Positions 22,179 through 31,299 of a DNA stretch of 36,221 nt are shown in pieces (position 1 is the first letter of the stretch; each line of letters begins with the position of its first letter). Made by a program: the position numbers and the translations under genes. The notes beneath the pieces are model-generated. The model was not told where the DNA came from and made no database searches. It was given only the letters and a program-made list of their open reading frames with translations. Source of the DNA: a virus; the IMG/VR virus record IMGVR_UViG_3300029775_000009, positions 1 through 36,221 of that record. The stretch is one strand, 5' to 3'.

Positions 22179-23690
22179 TTGCATGAATATACATTGCGTG
22201 AATATCAAAAAGAATGTGTTGATTCGATTGTTCGCTCTGGTCCTGGGAAGTGGCTAGTAGTCATGGCAACCGGACTCGGTAAGACAGTAACGTTTGCAAA
22301 CATTCCACGGGATGGACGTACACTTATTCTTTCACACAGACGTGAATTAGTGACACAGCCTAAAAAATATTATGACTGTGATTATGGAATTGAGTTAGGT
22401 TCGCAGCACAGTCACGGTGAACCGGTTGTGTCCGCAAGCGTACAAACCATGGCACACCGCATGGACAAGTTTAGGCCAGATGACTTTGAACGGATTATTG
22501 TTGATGAAGCACATCATTCCGCTGCAAAAAGTTACAAACAGATTTTGAATTATTTTCAGCCAGAACAAATAGTCGGATTTACAGCAACACCTAATCGTTC
22601 CGACTCCGTCCGATTGGATGACGTGTTTCAAGGCATCATATTTGAGCGTGACTTGAAATGGGGAATTCAACAAGGATATTTATCTGATATTTATTGCCGC
22701 CGTGCTGAAATCGGATATGACTTGAGCCACGTAAAAGTTTCCGGAGATGATTATGCCCCTGGAGAACTGGCGGAAGCAATGGACGGCACCGCAGACGCAA
22801 TAGCACAAGCGTACAAGGACATGGCGGTTGGCGCCACACTTATATTTTCCGTGTCTGTTAAGCAGGCAAATGAAATTGCAAAACGGATACCAGGCGCGGC
22901 CGTTGTAAGCGGGAAAACGCCTCCAGTAGAACGTCAAGCGCTTATTGATAAACTAACGAATGGAACCATTCCCTGCCTTGTTAACTGCATGGTTTTTACC
23001 GAGGGCACAGACATTCCACGAGTCGAGACGGTTATTATTGCCAGGCCTACCAAGTCGGATGCATTGTATACACAGATGGTTGGACGCGGGCTGCGGCTGG
23101 CACCTGGTAAGGACAAGCTAAATCTGATTGACTGCGTGGGTGTAACGGGCTCTAGGAGCCTCTGTACGGCTCCGTCTTTATTGGGCATAGATTTATCGCC
23201 CGTGCCAGAAAAGAAGCAGCAGGCGCTCGAAGGGCTATTGTTTGACCTACCAGACAAGGCATCCGAATTGAGCGACTGTCCTGAAAGCTGGATAAGAAAT
23301 GTTGAAATTGTTGATTTATGGGCAAAGACACAGTCATACAACATTCACGGAGTGAATTGGTTTAAGCAGCCTAATGGAGATTTTACATTATCGCTTCCCG
23401 GCGCTACCTATTGCATACCAGCACCAGATGCTTGTGGACAAGTACATTTTCGCAATGGCGGGCCTGTTGTGCCGATGCAGCAGGCGCTTGACCGTGCATT
23501 TCAGCAGCTATGCCGCGACCATATGAGCGAAAAGTACATCTGGGATATATCATCTGCGAAACGCTGGGGAAAACAGCCTGCCAGCGAAAAGCAAATACAA
23601 CTTGTCAGCCGAATGTGTAAAAATTTCGATTGCAGTACTTTAACTAAATTACAAGCAAGTCAGATTTTAAACAGGAGGTTAGCAGGATGA
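22179..23690 (+). CDS. SF2 DEAD/DEAH-box helicase
   Basis: The probable start is TTG 22179, 8 nt after GGAGG (22166-22170). The track's 21978 start would read through the iterons, and ATG 22183 is out of frame. Motif I VVMATGLGKT, motif II VDEAHH and motif III FTATP are present. Confidence 0.75.
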   Translation: MHEYTLREYQKECVDSIVRSGPGKWLVVMATGLGKTVTFANIPRDGRTLILSHRRELVTQPKKYYDCDYGIELGSQHSHGEPVVSASVQTMAHRMDKFRPDDFERIIVDEAHHSAAKSYKQILNYFQPEQIVGFTATPNRSDSVRLDDVFQGIIFERDLKWGIQQGYLSDIYCRRAEIGYDLSHVKVSGDDYAPGELAEAMDGTADAIAQAYKDMAVGATLIFSVSVKQANEIAKRIPGAAVVSGKTPPVERQALIDKLTNGTIPCLVNCMVFTEGTDIPRVETVIIARPTKSDALYTQMVGRGLRLAPGKDKLNLIDCVGVTGSRSLCTAPSLLGIDLSPVPEKKQQALEGLLFDLPDKASELSDCPESWIRNVEIVDLWAKTQSYNIHGVNWFKQPNGDFTLSLPGATYCIPAPDACGQVHFRNGGPVVPMQQALDRAFQQLCRDHMSEKYIWDISSAKRWGKQPASEKQIQLVSRMCKNFDCSTLTKLQASQILNRRLAG

Positions 23691-24112
23691 ACCGTGTGTT
23701 CAAACTCAACCCTATGCAGGAATCATCAATACAGCATGCGATTTTTCTTTGGAGTGAGCAGCCATCAATTCGCAGTCAGTTTCCTGAATTAGCTTTATTG
23801 CATCACATCAAAAACGAAACTGCCTATGCAGGCGCAAAACAGATTGCGATTGATAAAGCGTCCGGAGTTAAAAAAGGTGTACCGGATTTGTCGCTCCCTT
23901 GCCCGCATGGAAATTTTCACGGTTTGTATATAGAGCTTAAAACGCCAAAAGGCAAACCGTCAAAAGAACAACTTTGGTGGATTAACAAATTATCAGAACA
24001 CGGATATTGTGCTTGCATCTGCTATGGATACCAGGAGGCGATAAAATGCGTCGCAAAATATCTAAGCCTGCCGAACCCAAACACGGTCCCAACCAACGGG
24101 CAAAAGAACTGA
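23687..24112 (+). CDS. VRR-NUC domain nuclease
   Basis: GVPDLSL...GLYIELKTPKGKPSKEQLWWINKL fits the PD-(D/E)xK pattern of VRR-NUC. ATGA overlap with the helicase gene. Confidence 0.7.
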   Translation: MNRVFKLNPMQESSIQHAIFLWSEQPSIRSQFPELALLHHIKNETAYAGAKQIAIDKASGVKKGVPDLSLPCPHGNFHGLYIELKTPKGKPSKEQLWWINKLSEHGYCACICYGYQEAIKCVAKYLSLPNPNTVPTNGQKN

Positions 24113-24273
24113 ATCACATTGCCTGTCAGAAAGAATTGCCCGATTTGCCGGAGAACGAATTAAAATACGTCAATGGAATCCGCTGGACGCTCAGGCGGTA
24201 TCAGCGACACGAAATCTGTGCCAATCAGGCACGGGCAGAACAACGATTATGGCAAGTGAGGTATTTACAATGA
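24046..24273 (+). CDS. Possible 75-aa ORF overlapping the 3' end of the VRR-NUC gene out of frame
   Basis: ATG 24046 lies 7 nt after GGAGG (24034-24038). Its stop overlaps the next ATG (ATGA at 24270-24273). Confidence 0.35.
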   Translation: MRRKISKPAEPKHGPNQRAKELNHIACQKELPDLPENELKYVNGIRWTLRRYQRHEICANQARAEQRLWQVRYLQ

Positions 24274-24407
24274 CGTCAGAACGCAGAAAAGAAATTGAGT
24301 GCCGTGCGATTCTCACATATGGCGCTCAAATGCGGCGCGACATGGAAACGGCATCACATCAACTCATTGTCCGGTTAAAGCAAATCATGGGAGGCGAATC
24401 GGAATGA
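24270..24407 (+). CDS. Possible 45-aa ORF
   Basis: MTSERRKEIECRAILTYGAQMRRDMETASHQLIVRLKQIMGGESE*. ATGA overlaps at both ends. Confidence 0.35.
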   Translation: MTSERRKEIECRAILTYGAQMRRDMETASHQLIVRLKQIMGGESE

Positions 24408-24763
24408 ATGCGGATTTTGAGAAGCTTCGGAAATACCGCGACATCAAAATGCGGTTACATACATTGCAAACGGAAATTGTTGGAGATACAGCAAAAGATT
24501 ATTCTTCCGGTTATCCGCACTCTATTATGCTCCGTGGAGTCGCCTGTGACGATAGAACGCGGAATGAAGTGACTTTACTGCAAAGTGAGTTAAACGTCTT
24601 AGACGGCCTTGTAGACAGTGTTAAGGATATACGTGCGCGTGACTTGTTAGACAGGCACTATCGCCGTGGAGAACCATGGAAAACAATTTCCGAAAGCACG
24701 GGACGTTCAGAAGAAGCAAACAAGAAATATTTACAAAGATATTTTAAAAATGTATCTGCCTAG
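24404..24763 (+). CDS. Late-gene transcriptional activator candidate (sigma-70 region-4-like HTH; ArpU/RinA/DUF1492-like)
   Basis: I start it at ATG 24404 (GGGAGG at 24388-24393). The C-terminus DLLDRHYRRGEPWKTISESTGRSEEANKKYLQRY looks like a sigma region-4 HTH. It is the last gene before the packaging module. Confidence 0.5.
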   Translation: MNADFEKLRKYRDIKMRLHTLQTEIVGDTAKDYSSGYPHSIMLRGVACDDRTRNEVTLLQSELNVLDGLVDSVKDIRARDLLDRHYRRGEPWKTISESTGRSEEANKKYLQRYFKNVSA

Positions 24764-25447
24764 GTCTTTTTGTCCCTTATGGTATCGTGATACACTAACA
24801 ATAGAGAACATCTAATATCAGAAGTATAAATTTATCTAGTTTACAATTATACTTCTACAAATTCAAGGCTACAAGCTTCTAATAATTCAAGATTACAAGA
24901 GTTAATTTTTCCTCCTTTCATTTTTGGACCGGCTGAAATATGCCGGTTTTATATGCCCGGAATCCGGGTATGTTCATTTTTGCAATCCTCCTTTCACCCG
25001 CCGCGTCCGAACGGCGGGTCTTTATATCCGGGCGGTACGCGCGTGAGCTGGCTGCACCGGTGGATATTTCCTCCTATATATTTTTTGGCAGCCGGAAACA
25101 GACGGCAATGGGTGGTGATGAGCCGCCCACCACATGAGATATGGCATAAGAGTATGCAGCTATACGCGCTGGTGCAATTCCGGTATATCTCTCCAAGGCC
25201 CACGCACAGGGCCTCAAAATAAAAACGGCTGTGAAGAGTCGTTGTGTTGTAATATCTGGGCAGGCAGAGAAATCATAAGTCCTGTCGTTTGACTATTAGG
25301 CCGGTTAAGGGTGACCGGTTTAATATAAAATTTAATTCGCTGGTTTAAAAAAGCCAGAATGCAAAGCAGACTACTGCTCTTGCCGTTTTTTGTCGCTTGC
25401 AGACACCCACTTTTGTCGGGCGTCTGTTTGCGTTATGGGGGCATAAC

Positions 25448-25663
25448 ATGGATGTTGTAAAAGAGCGTGCACAGTTGTACATACGCATATCTGACTTGCT
25501 GGCAAAGCCACGGCGTGACAACAATGACGAGGCAGAACTTGACCGGCTGCAGCGGAAGCTGCGGGACAACCTGATGCGCGTCGGGCGGCCGCCGGGCGGT
25601 GACACTAACCAGCCGGGAGAGACCGGCAAACTTAATCATTCGAGCGTATCGCTTCGGCGGTGA
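25448..25663 (+). CDS. Possible small charged protein upstream of HNH
   Basis: ATG 25448 lies 7 nt after GGGGG. The 71-aa product is MDVVKERAQLYIRISDLLAKPRRDNNDEAELDRLQRKLRDNL... Confidence 0.35.
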   Translation: MDVVKERAQLYIRISDLLAKPRRDNNDEAELDRLQRKLRDNLMRVGRPPGGDTNQPGETGKLNHSSVSLRR

Positions 25664-26001
25664 GCTCTTATTTTGGGGTGATGGATGTGCAGGATTATGC
25701 CAGGAGTTTTTACAAGTCCAGTGCATGGCAGCTATGCCGGGCATCGTATATAGCCGAGCGGCAGAGCGTGGATGGCGGGTTGTGTGAGCGATGCCATCAT
25801 ACTCTCGGGTATATCGTCCATCACAAGGTGGCAATCACTCCAAACAACATCAACGATCCGATGATTACTCTTAATCATGATAATCTGGAGTATCTCTGCA
25901 AGGCTTGCCACGATGAGATACACGGGTACTGTGGAAATCAGAAAGAAAAACCAAGATGCGAGTTCGATGAAAAAGGAAATCCAGTTCCTCGGAGCCGATA
26001 G
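25660..26001 (+). CDS. HNH endonuclease (terminase-associated type)
   Basis: CERCHHTLGYIVHHKVAITPNN...NLEYLCKACHDEIHG is an HNH/zinc motif. It is adjacent to a P27-type TerS. The start is uncertain (GTG 25660 or ATG 25681). Confidence 0.8.
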   Translation: MSSYFGVMDVQDYARSFYKSSAWQLCRASYIAERQSVDGGLCERCHHTLGYIVHHKVAITPNNINDPMITLNHDNLEYLCKACHDEIHGYCGNQKEKPRCEFDEKGNPVPRSR

Positions 26002-26115
26002 CCCCCCTAAAATTTTCCGTGAAAACGCTGCGTGGGGACCGGCGCTGGGGCTCCAAAAAATACGCGCCCTGTTCGCGTGTCCGGTGTAGTTCTTTAGTGG
26101 AAATAAGGTGATTTT

Positions 26116-26493
26116 ATGAAAACATATGCGGATATGGCGAAAGAAGAAATCATTGCCGCCGAGAAACGGAAACTTTCCGGGATTTACTCTCGGCTGGAAT
26201 CCAAAACGAAAAAGTCTGTAAGCTCGCTGATTGACAATGCTGCTTTTATGGCCGCAAGTCTGTGGGAGCTTCAGCGGGACATCAACACGGAAGGCTACAC
26301 CGAGGAATACCACAATGGCGCGAATCAGTCCGGGGTGAAGCGGAGCGCAAAGGTCGATATTTATATCCAGCTTGAAAAAAACTACGCCTCCGTCATCAAA
26401 CAGCTTACCGACCTGCTCCCAAAAGAAGATAAGCTCAAAGAAAAAAAGGATGATGGGTTCGATGGATTTGTCAACGGTCGTGAGGAAACATGA
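26116..26493 (+). CDS. terS: Terminase small subunit (P27 family-like)
   Basis: 125 aa, sitting between HNH and TerL. The motif ..DNAAFMAASLWELQRDINTEGYT..NGANQSGVKRSAKVDIY.. is typical of P27-family small terminases. Confidence 0.7.
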   Translation: MKTYADMAKEEIIAAEKRKLSGIYSRLESKTKKSVSSLIDNAAFMAASLWELQRDINTEGYTEEYHNGANQSGVKRSAKVDIYIQLEKNYASVIKQLTDLLPKEDKLKEKKDDGFDGFVNGREET

Positions 26494-28220
26494 TTCGCTA
26501 TGCCGACAATTACAATCCAATCCGCGAGTATTGGGATAAAATTCAGTCCGGTGAAGAAACCGTCGGTGCAAAAATCCGAAAAGTTTACAAGAAGCTCGCT
26601 TGGGACTTAGACCATCCCGGCGAGTATTTTTATAGCCCGAAGCGGGCGAACCACATCCTTGAGTTTGCCGAAAACTACTGTCACAACTATCAGGGCAAAG
26701 ACGGCGGCAAGCTCGTCCGGCTGGAGCTGTGGGAGAAGGCCATGCTCGCGGCGATATTTGGATTTGTGGATGTTGAAGGTATCCGTAAATACCGCGAAGC
26801 GCTTTTAATCGTCGGCAAGAAAAACGGGAAGTCGCTGCTTGCGTCTGTCGTCGGGGATTATCTTTTGACTGCCGACGGAGAAGCGGGGCCGGAAGTCTAC
26901 GCCGTCGCGACGAAAATGGACCAGGCTAAAAAGATCTGGCTCGCGTCGAAACTGATGGTCAAAAAGTCGCCGGCTCTCCGCAAGCGGGTAAAGGCGCTTG
27001 TCTCCGAACTGTACTGCACCGCGAATGAGGGGATTTTTCGACCGCTCGCGTCGGACAGCAACACGCTCGACGGGCTGAATGTCCATGGGTGCCTGATGGA
27101 TGAAATCCACCAGTGGAAGCAGGGCCGGGCGCTCTATGACATCATGGCGGACGGCACGACGGCCCGCGAGCAACCGCTGATTTTTATTACATCGACAGCA
27201 GGCGTTATCAGGGAGGATATTTACGATGAAAAATATGATGAAGCCACCCGGGTAATAAACGGGTACTTCGACCCGGTCGGGTATCACGACGAACATTTCC
27301 TGCCGTTTATCTACGAGCTGGACAGCCGGAAGGAATGGGTCGACCCGAAATGCTGGAAGAAAGCGAATCCCGGCCTCGGGACGATTAAAAGCCTTGAGCA
27401 GCTCACAGATAAAGTAAACAAGGCGAAAGCGAACCCGGCGCTCGTCAAGAATCTGGTCTGCAAGGAATTTAATATACGCGAGACGTCGTCCGAAGCGTGG
27501 TTGACTTTTGAGCAGCTCAACAATCCCGATACGTTCCGGATTGACCGGAAGGCCGAAAAGCTGCTGTGGACGCACGACGGAAGCACCCGGGCTCTCCCTC
27601 TCCCGAAGTATGGAATCGGCGGCGCCGACCTGTCCAGCACCACGGACCTGACTGCCGCAAAGGTGATTTTTATGGTTCCTGGGTGTCCGAATGTTTTTGT
27701 GCTCCAGATGTACTGGCTTCCGGAGGAACTGCTGGAACAGCGGACCAAAGAGGATAAAATCCCCTATGACCTATGGGCAGAACAGGGCTTGCTCCGCACG
27801 ACGCCCGGGAACAAGGTCCACGCGAAGTACGTCACGCAATGGTTTTTGGAAGTCCAGAACAAGCTCGACGTGTACATTCCGTGGGTCGGATATGACGCCT
27901 GGTCCGCGACATACTGGGTCGAGGAGATGAAGGGCGAGTTTGGCAAGGAGAGCATGATAGCGGTCCACCAGGGCAAGCAGACGCTTTCCGCGCCGATGAA
28001 GCAGCTCGGCGCTGATTTGAGCAGCAAACTTGTGATTTACAATAATAACCCGATCGACAAGTGGTGCCTCGCAAACACCGCGATTGACATCGACAAAAAC
28101 GACAATATCCAGCCAATCAAAACGAGCAGTCCGCGAAAAAGAATTGACGGGCTTGCTTGTTTACTTGATGCGTACACGGTGCTGCAGGATAAACTCGGCG
28201 AGTACCAGACGATGATTTGA
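26490..28220 (+). CDS. terL: Terminase large subunit
   Basis: 576 aa with Walker A-like VGKKNGKS and Walker B-like CLMDEIH. The gene order is HK97-like. Confidence 0.85.
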   Translation: MIRYADNYNPIREYWDKIQSGEETVGAKIRKVYKKLAWDLDHPGEYFYSPKRANHILEFAENYCHNYQGKDGGKLVRLELWEKAMLAAIFGFVDVEGIRKYREALLIVGKKNGKSLLASVVGDYLLTADGEAGPEVYAVATKMDQAKKIWLASKLMVKKSPALRKRVKALVSELYCTANEGIFRPLASDSNTLDGLNVHGCLMDEIHQWKQGRALYDIMADGTTAREQPLIFITSTAGVIREDIYDEKYDEATRVINGYFDPVGYHDEHFLPFIYELDSRKEWVDPKCWKKANPGLGTIKSLEQLTDKVNKAKANPALVKNLVCKEFNIRETSSEAWLTFEQLNNPDTFRIDRKAEKLLWTHDGSTRALPLPKYGIGGADLSSTTDLTAAKVIFMVPGCPNVFVLQMYWLPEELLEQRTKEDKIPYDLWAEQGLLRTTPGNKVHAKYVTQWFLEVQNKLDVYIPWVGYDAWSATYWVEEMKGEFGKESMIAVHQGKQTLSAPMKQLGADLSSKLVIYNNNPIDKWCLANTAIDIDKNDNIQPIKTSSPRKRIDGLACLLDAYTVLQDKLGEYQTMI

Positions 28221-28221
28221 G

Positions 28222-29427
28222 GTGATTCTAACGGGATGGATTAGAAATTTTACAAGCCGGCTTCGGAATCGTTCCCCGACCGCCGTCCGGTTCCAGATGA
28301 TGACGGACCGCGGGAACGGCTTTTACGCATGGGATGGGAAGCTGTTCCACAGCGATATTATCCGCGCCTGCATCCGGCCGAAGGCGAAGGCGGTCGGAAA
28401 ACTGGTCGGTAAGCACATCCGGGAGACGGTAACCGCGCAGGGGAAGAATCTGACTGTTAATCCGGACGCTTACATACGGTTTTTGCTTGAGGAGCCTAAC
28501 CCGTATATGACGGGACAGATTATGCAGGAAAAACTTGAAACGCAGCTCTGCCTCAACAACAACGCTTTTGCCGTCATCGTCCGGGACGACCGCGGCTACC
28601 CTGTGGAGATTTACCCGGTTCCCGCGGCGCAGGTTGATGCGATTTATGATGCCGGAATGAACCTGTATCTCAAATTTTACTTTCCAAACGGCAGGCAGGC
28701 GACGTTTCCCTATTCCGATGTCATTCACCTTCGGCATGACGTCTATGAAAACGATATCTTTGGCGAAAGCCCGGCCCCAGCTCTCTCCGGCCTGATGGAT
28801 GTAGTCAACACGACAGACCAGGGGATTATCCGGGCAATCAAAAATTCGTCGATTATCCAGTGGCTTTTGAAGTTTACGAACTCCCTCCGGCCGGAAGACT
28901 TGCAGAAACAGGCGACGGATTTTGCGAACAACTACCTGTCCATCAACAGCGCGTCGGTCGGCGTAGCCGCTGTGGACAGCAAGGCCGAGGCGGTGCGGGT
29001 CGAGCCGAAGGATTACGTCCCGAACGCTGCGCAGATGGACCGAACGACAAAACGGATTTACTCGTTTTTTAACACAAACGAAAAAATCGTGCAGTCCGCT
29101 TACGACGAAGATGAATGGCAGGCGTACTTCGAGGCGGAAATCGAACCGGATGAAATCCAGCTCAGCAATGAATTTACGCGGAAGATTTTCACCCGCCGCG
29201 AGCGCGGGCATGGAAACCGCATTTATTTTGAGGCGGCTAATTTGCAGTACGCGAGTATGCAGACAAAGCTTGGCTTGCAGGCAATGGTCGATAGAGGTGC
29301 TATGAGCGCAAATGAGTGGAGGTCTGTCCTTAATCTTGCGCCAGTTCCGGGTGGAGATGTTATAGTGCGTCGTTTGGACACTCAACCAACAAACGGGAAC
29401 GACGGGGATGGAGGTGATGAAGATTGA
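28222..29427 (+). CDS. Portal protein (HK97 family-like)
   Basis: 401 aa, immediately after TerL and before the ClpP-like protease. GTG start. Confidence 0.8.
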   Translation: MILTGWIRNFTSRLRNRSPTAVRFQMMTDRGNGFYAWDGKLFHSDIIRACIRPKAKAVGKLVGKHIRETVTAQGKNLTVNPDAYIRFLLEEPNPYMTGQIMQEKLETQLCLNNNAFAVIVRDDRGYPVEIYPVPAAQVDAIYDAGMNLYLKFYFPNGRQATFPYSDVIHLRHDVYENDIFGESPAPALSGLMDVVNTTDQGIIRAIKNSSIIQWLLKFTNSLRPEDLQKQATDFANNYLSINSASVGVAAVDSKAEAVRVEPKDYVPNAAQMDRTTKRIYSFFNTNEKIVQSAYDEDEWQAYFEAEIEPDEIQLSNEFTRKIFTRRERGHGNRIYFEAANLQYASMQTKLGLQAMVDRGAMSANEWRSVLNLAPVPGGDVIVRRLDTQPTNGNDGDGGDED

Positions 29428-30071
29428 AGGTTGAAATCAAGGGTGAAATCGTCCCGAATGATTACAAGGAAATCTACGATTATATCGGATGGTCTGCCAC
29501 CTGCCCGCGGGATGTTTCCGACGCCATCCAAAAGGCAAACGGTGAAGTGCTGGATGTGGAAATCAATTCCCCGGGCGGGGACGTCGATTCCGCATCGGAA
29601 ATTTATGCGGCGCTCAAGGGCTATTCCGGCACTCGCATCCATATCGTCGGATTCTGTGCTTCGGCCGCGTCCATGATTGCGATGGCCGGCTGGTCGGAGA
29701 TGGTTTCGACGGCGCGGATGATGGTGCATCGCGTCTCAGGCATGGCCGAAGGCAATTACCACGAAATGGACGGCGCGTCCGAGGCTTTTCAAAAGGCCGA
29801 CCGGTCCGTCGCATCCGCCTATGTGGCAAAGTCAGGGATGAGCGAAAAAGACGTGCTGAACATGATGGACAAAACCACCTATCTTACCGCGGATGAGGCG
29901 GTCAAGCTCAAGCTGGTGGACCGCGTGATGTTTCAGACGGAATCGCCTCAGCAGCTCGCGGCGTCCGCTTCCGGTCTGCTCCCGCAGACCGTGGTTGATA
30001 AAATCCGGTCACTGCTCAATGAAAAGAAAATTCAAACTGAACTTAATTTTTTGAAAGAAAAGGTGATTTGA
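29424..30071 (+). CDS. Head maturation protease (ClpP/S14 family)
   Basis: INSPGGDVDSASEIYAAL...GFCASAASMIAMAG...MVHRVSG are ClpP-type Ser/His motifs. The TTG start lies 7 nt after GGAGGTGA. Confidence 0.85.
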   Translation: MKVEIKGEIVPNDYKEIYDYIGWSATCPRDVSDAIQKANGEVLDVEINSPGGDVDSASEIYAALKGYSGTRIHIVGFCASAASMIAMAGWSEMVSTARMMVHRVSGMAEGNYHEMDGASEAFQKADRSVASAYVAKSGMSEKDVLNMMDKTTYLTADEAVKLKLVDRVMFQTESPQQLAASASGLLPQTVVDKIRSLLNEKKIQTELNFLKEKVI

Positions 30072-30072
30072 C

Positions 30073-31287
30073 ATGACTAAAGAAAAATACATGGAAAAGC
30101 GCAAGGGCCTTGTCAATGAGGCGCAGGCGCTTATTGACGGCGGCAAACTGAAAGAAGCCGCCGACAAGACCAAAGAAATCAAGGCGCTGGACGACAAGTA
30201 CGACGCCGAATCTAAGGCGCAGGCAAATCTTAATGCGCTGTCCGGCACGCCGAAAATCGTTGACATCTCCACCGCTGGGAAGCCCGTTGCCGGCACGACC
30301 GTAGCTTCCACCGCCGCGCCGCAGGGTCCGGTCGACGTCTACGATTCCGACGAATATCGCAAGGCATTTATGGATTATACCCTTCGCGGCAAAGCATTCC
30401 CGGCCAATCTTCGCGATGCGGCCGAGAGCACCAAGACCCCGGATGTGGGCGCCGTGATTCCGACAACGATTGCCCAGCGCATCGTCGAAAAGATGGAATC
30501 CATCGGAATGATTCTCCCGCTGGTCACCCACACGGCGTACCAGGGCGGCGTCTCCATCCCGACCAGTACCGTGAAGCCCGTCGCGACGTGGGTCGCCGAG
30601 GGCTCCGGGAGCGACACGCAGAAAAAGACCACGGGCAATATCACGTTCGGGTATTATAAGCTCCGCTGCGCGATTTCGCTGTCGCTGGAAGCCTCCGTCG
30701 TGACGCTCGGATTTTTCGAGACCACGTTTGTCCGGGAGGTTTCCGAAGCGATGGTCAAGGCACAGGAGCAGGCAATCGTCAGCGGGTCCGGTTCCGGGCA
30801 GCCGAAGGGCATCCTCGCCGAAACCGCGCCGGATGGACAGAATGTTGACGTCACAGCGACCGGGAAAATTGACTACAGCACCCTTGTGGATGCCGAGGCC
30901 GCGCTCCCTCTGGCTTACGAGAGCGGTGCGGTATGGTTTATGACGAAAAAGACCTTTATGAAATTTGTCGGCATGGTGGACAGCGCGAAACAGCCGATTG
31001 CGCGTGTGAACTACGGTATTAATGGCGCGCCTGAAAGGACTCTGCTGGGCCGCCGGGTTGTCCTCAATGACTATATGCCCAGCTACGCTGATACGGTCAC
31101 GTCGGACACGGTTGTCGCGTTCCTATTCCGTCCGGAGGATTACGTCCTTAACACCAATTATGCCGTGACCATCAAACGGTACGAAGACAATGAAACCGAT
31201 GACCAGGTGACCAAAGCGATTATGCTGGTCGACGGCAAGGCTGTGGACAAAAACAGCCTGGTTACCGTCACCAAGAAAACTACCTAA
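30073..31287 (+). CDS. Major capsid protein (HK97 fold) with an N-terminal coiled-coil delta domain
   Basis: 404 aa, after the protease. The N-terminal roughly 100 aa are a charged coiled coil. Confidence 0.85.
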   Translation: MTKEKYMEKRKGLVNEAQALIDGGKLKEAADKTKEIKALDDKYDAESKAQANLNALSGTPKIVDISTAGKPVAGTTVASTAAPQGPVDVYDSDEYRKAFMDYTLRGKAFPANLRDAAESTKTPDVGAVIPTTIAQRIVEKMESIGMILPLVTHTAYQGGVSIPTSTVKPVATWVAEGSGSDTQKKTTGNITFGYYKLRCAISLSLEASVVTLGFFETTFVREVSEAMVKAQEQAIVSGSGSGQPKGILAETAPDGQNVDVTATGKIDYSTLVDAEAALPLAYESGAVWFMTKKTFMKFVGMVDSAKQPIARVNYGINGAPERTLLGRRVVLNDYMPSYADTVTSDTVVAFLFRPEDYVLNTNYAVTIKRYEDNETDDQVTKAIMLVDGKAVDKNSLVTVTKKTT

Positions 31288-31299
31288 GAGGTGATTTGA

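Noticed and set aside
22183-22257. ATG at 22183 as the helicase start.
   Set aside because: It is out of frame with the helicase motifs and belongs to the short 22066-22257 ORF, which stops after 63 codons.
24854-24982. Tiny minus-strand ORFs behind AGGAGGA sites (MNIPGFRAYKTGIFQPVQK and MKGGKINSCNLELLEACSLEFVEV) as signalling or leader peptides.
   Set aside because: They are only 18 and 24 codons long, have no signal-peptide or known peptide-communication features, and lie antisense to the direction of all flanking genes. I mention them only as an alternative under the structured-region finding.
28228-29385. 385-aa minus-strand ORF antisense to the portal gene. Similar long antisense ORFs lie at 25732-26571, 26805-27575, 30043-30531, 32719-33348, 34573-35276 and 35319-36158.
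   Set aside because: These are shadow ORFs in GC-rich coding DNA. Their translations are Arg/Pro/Leu-rich and low in complexity, they lack RBSs, and each lies fully inside a well-supported + strand structural gene.
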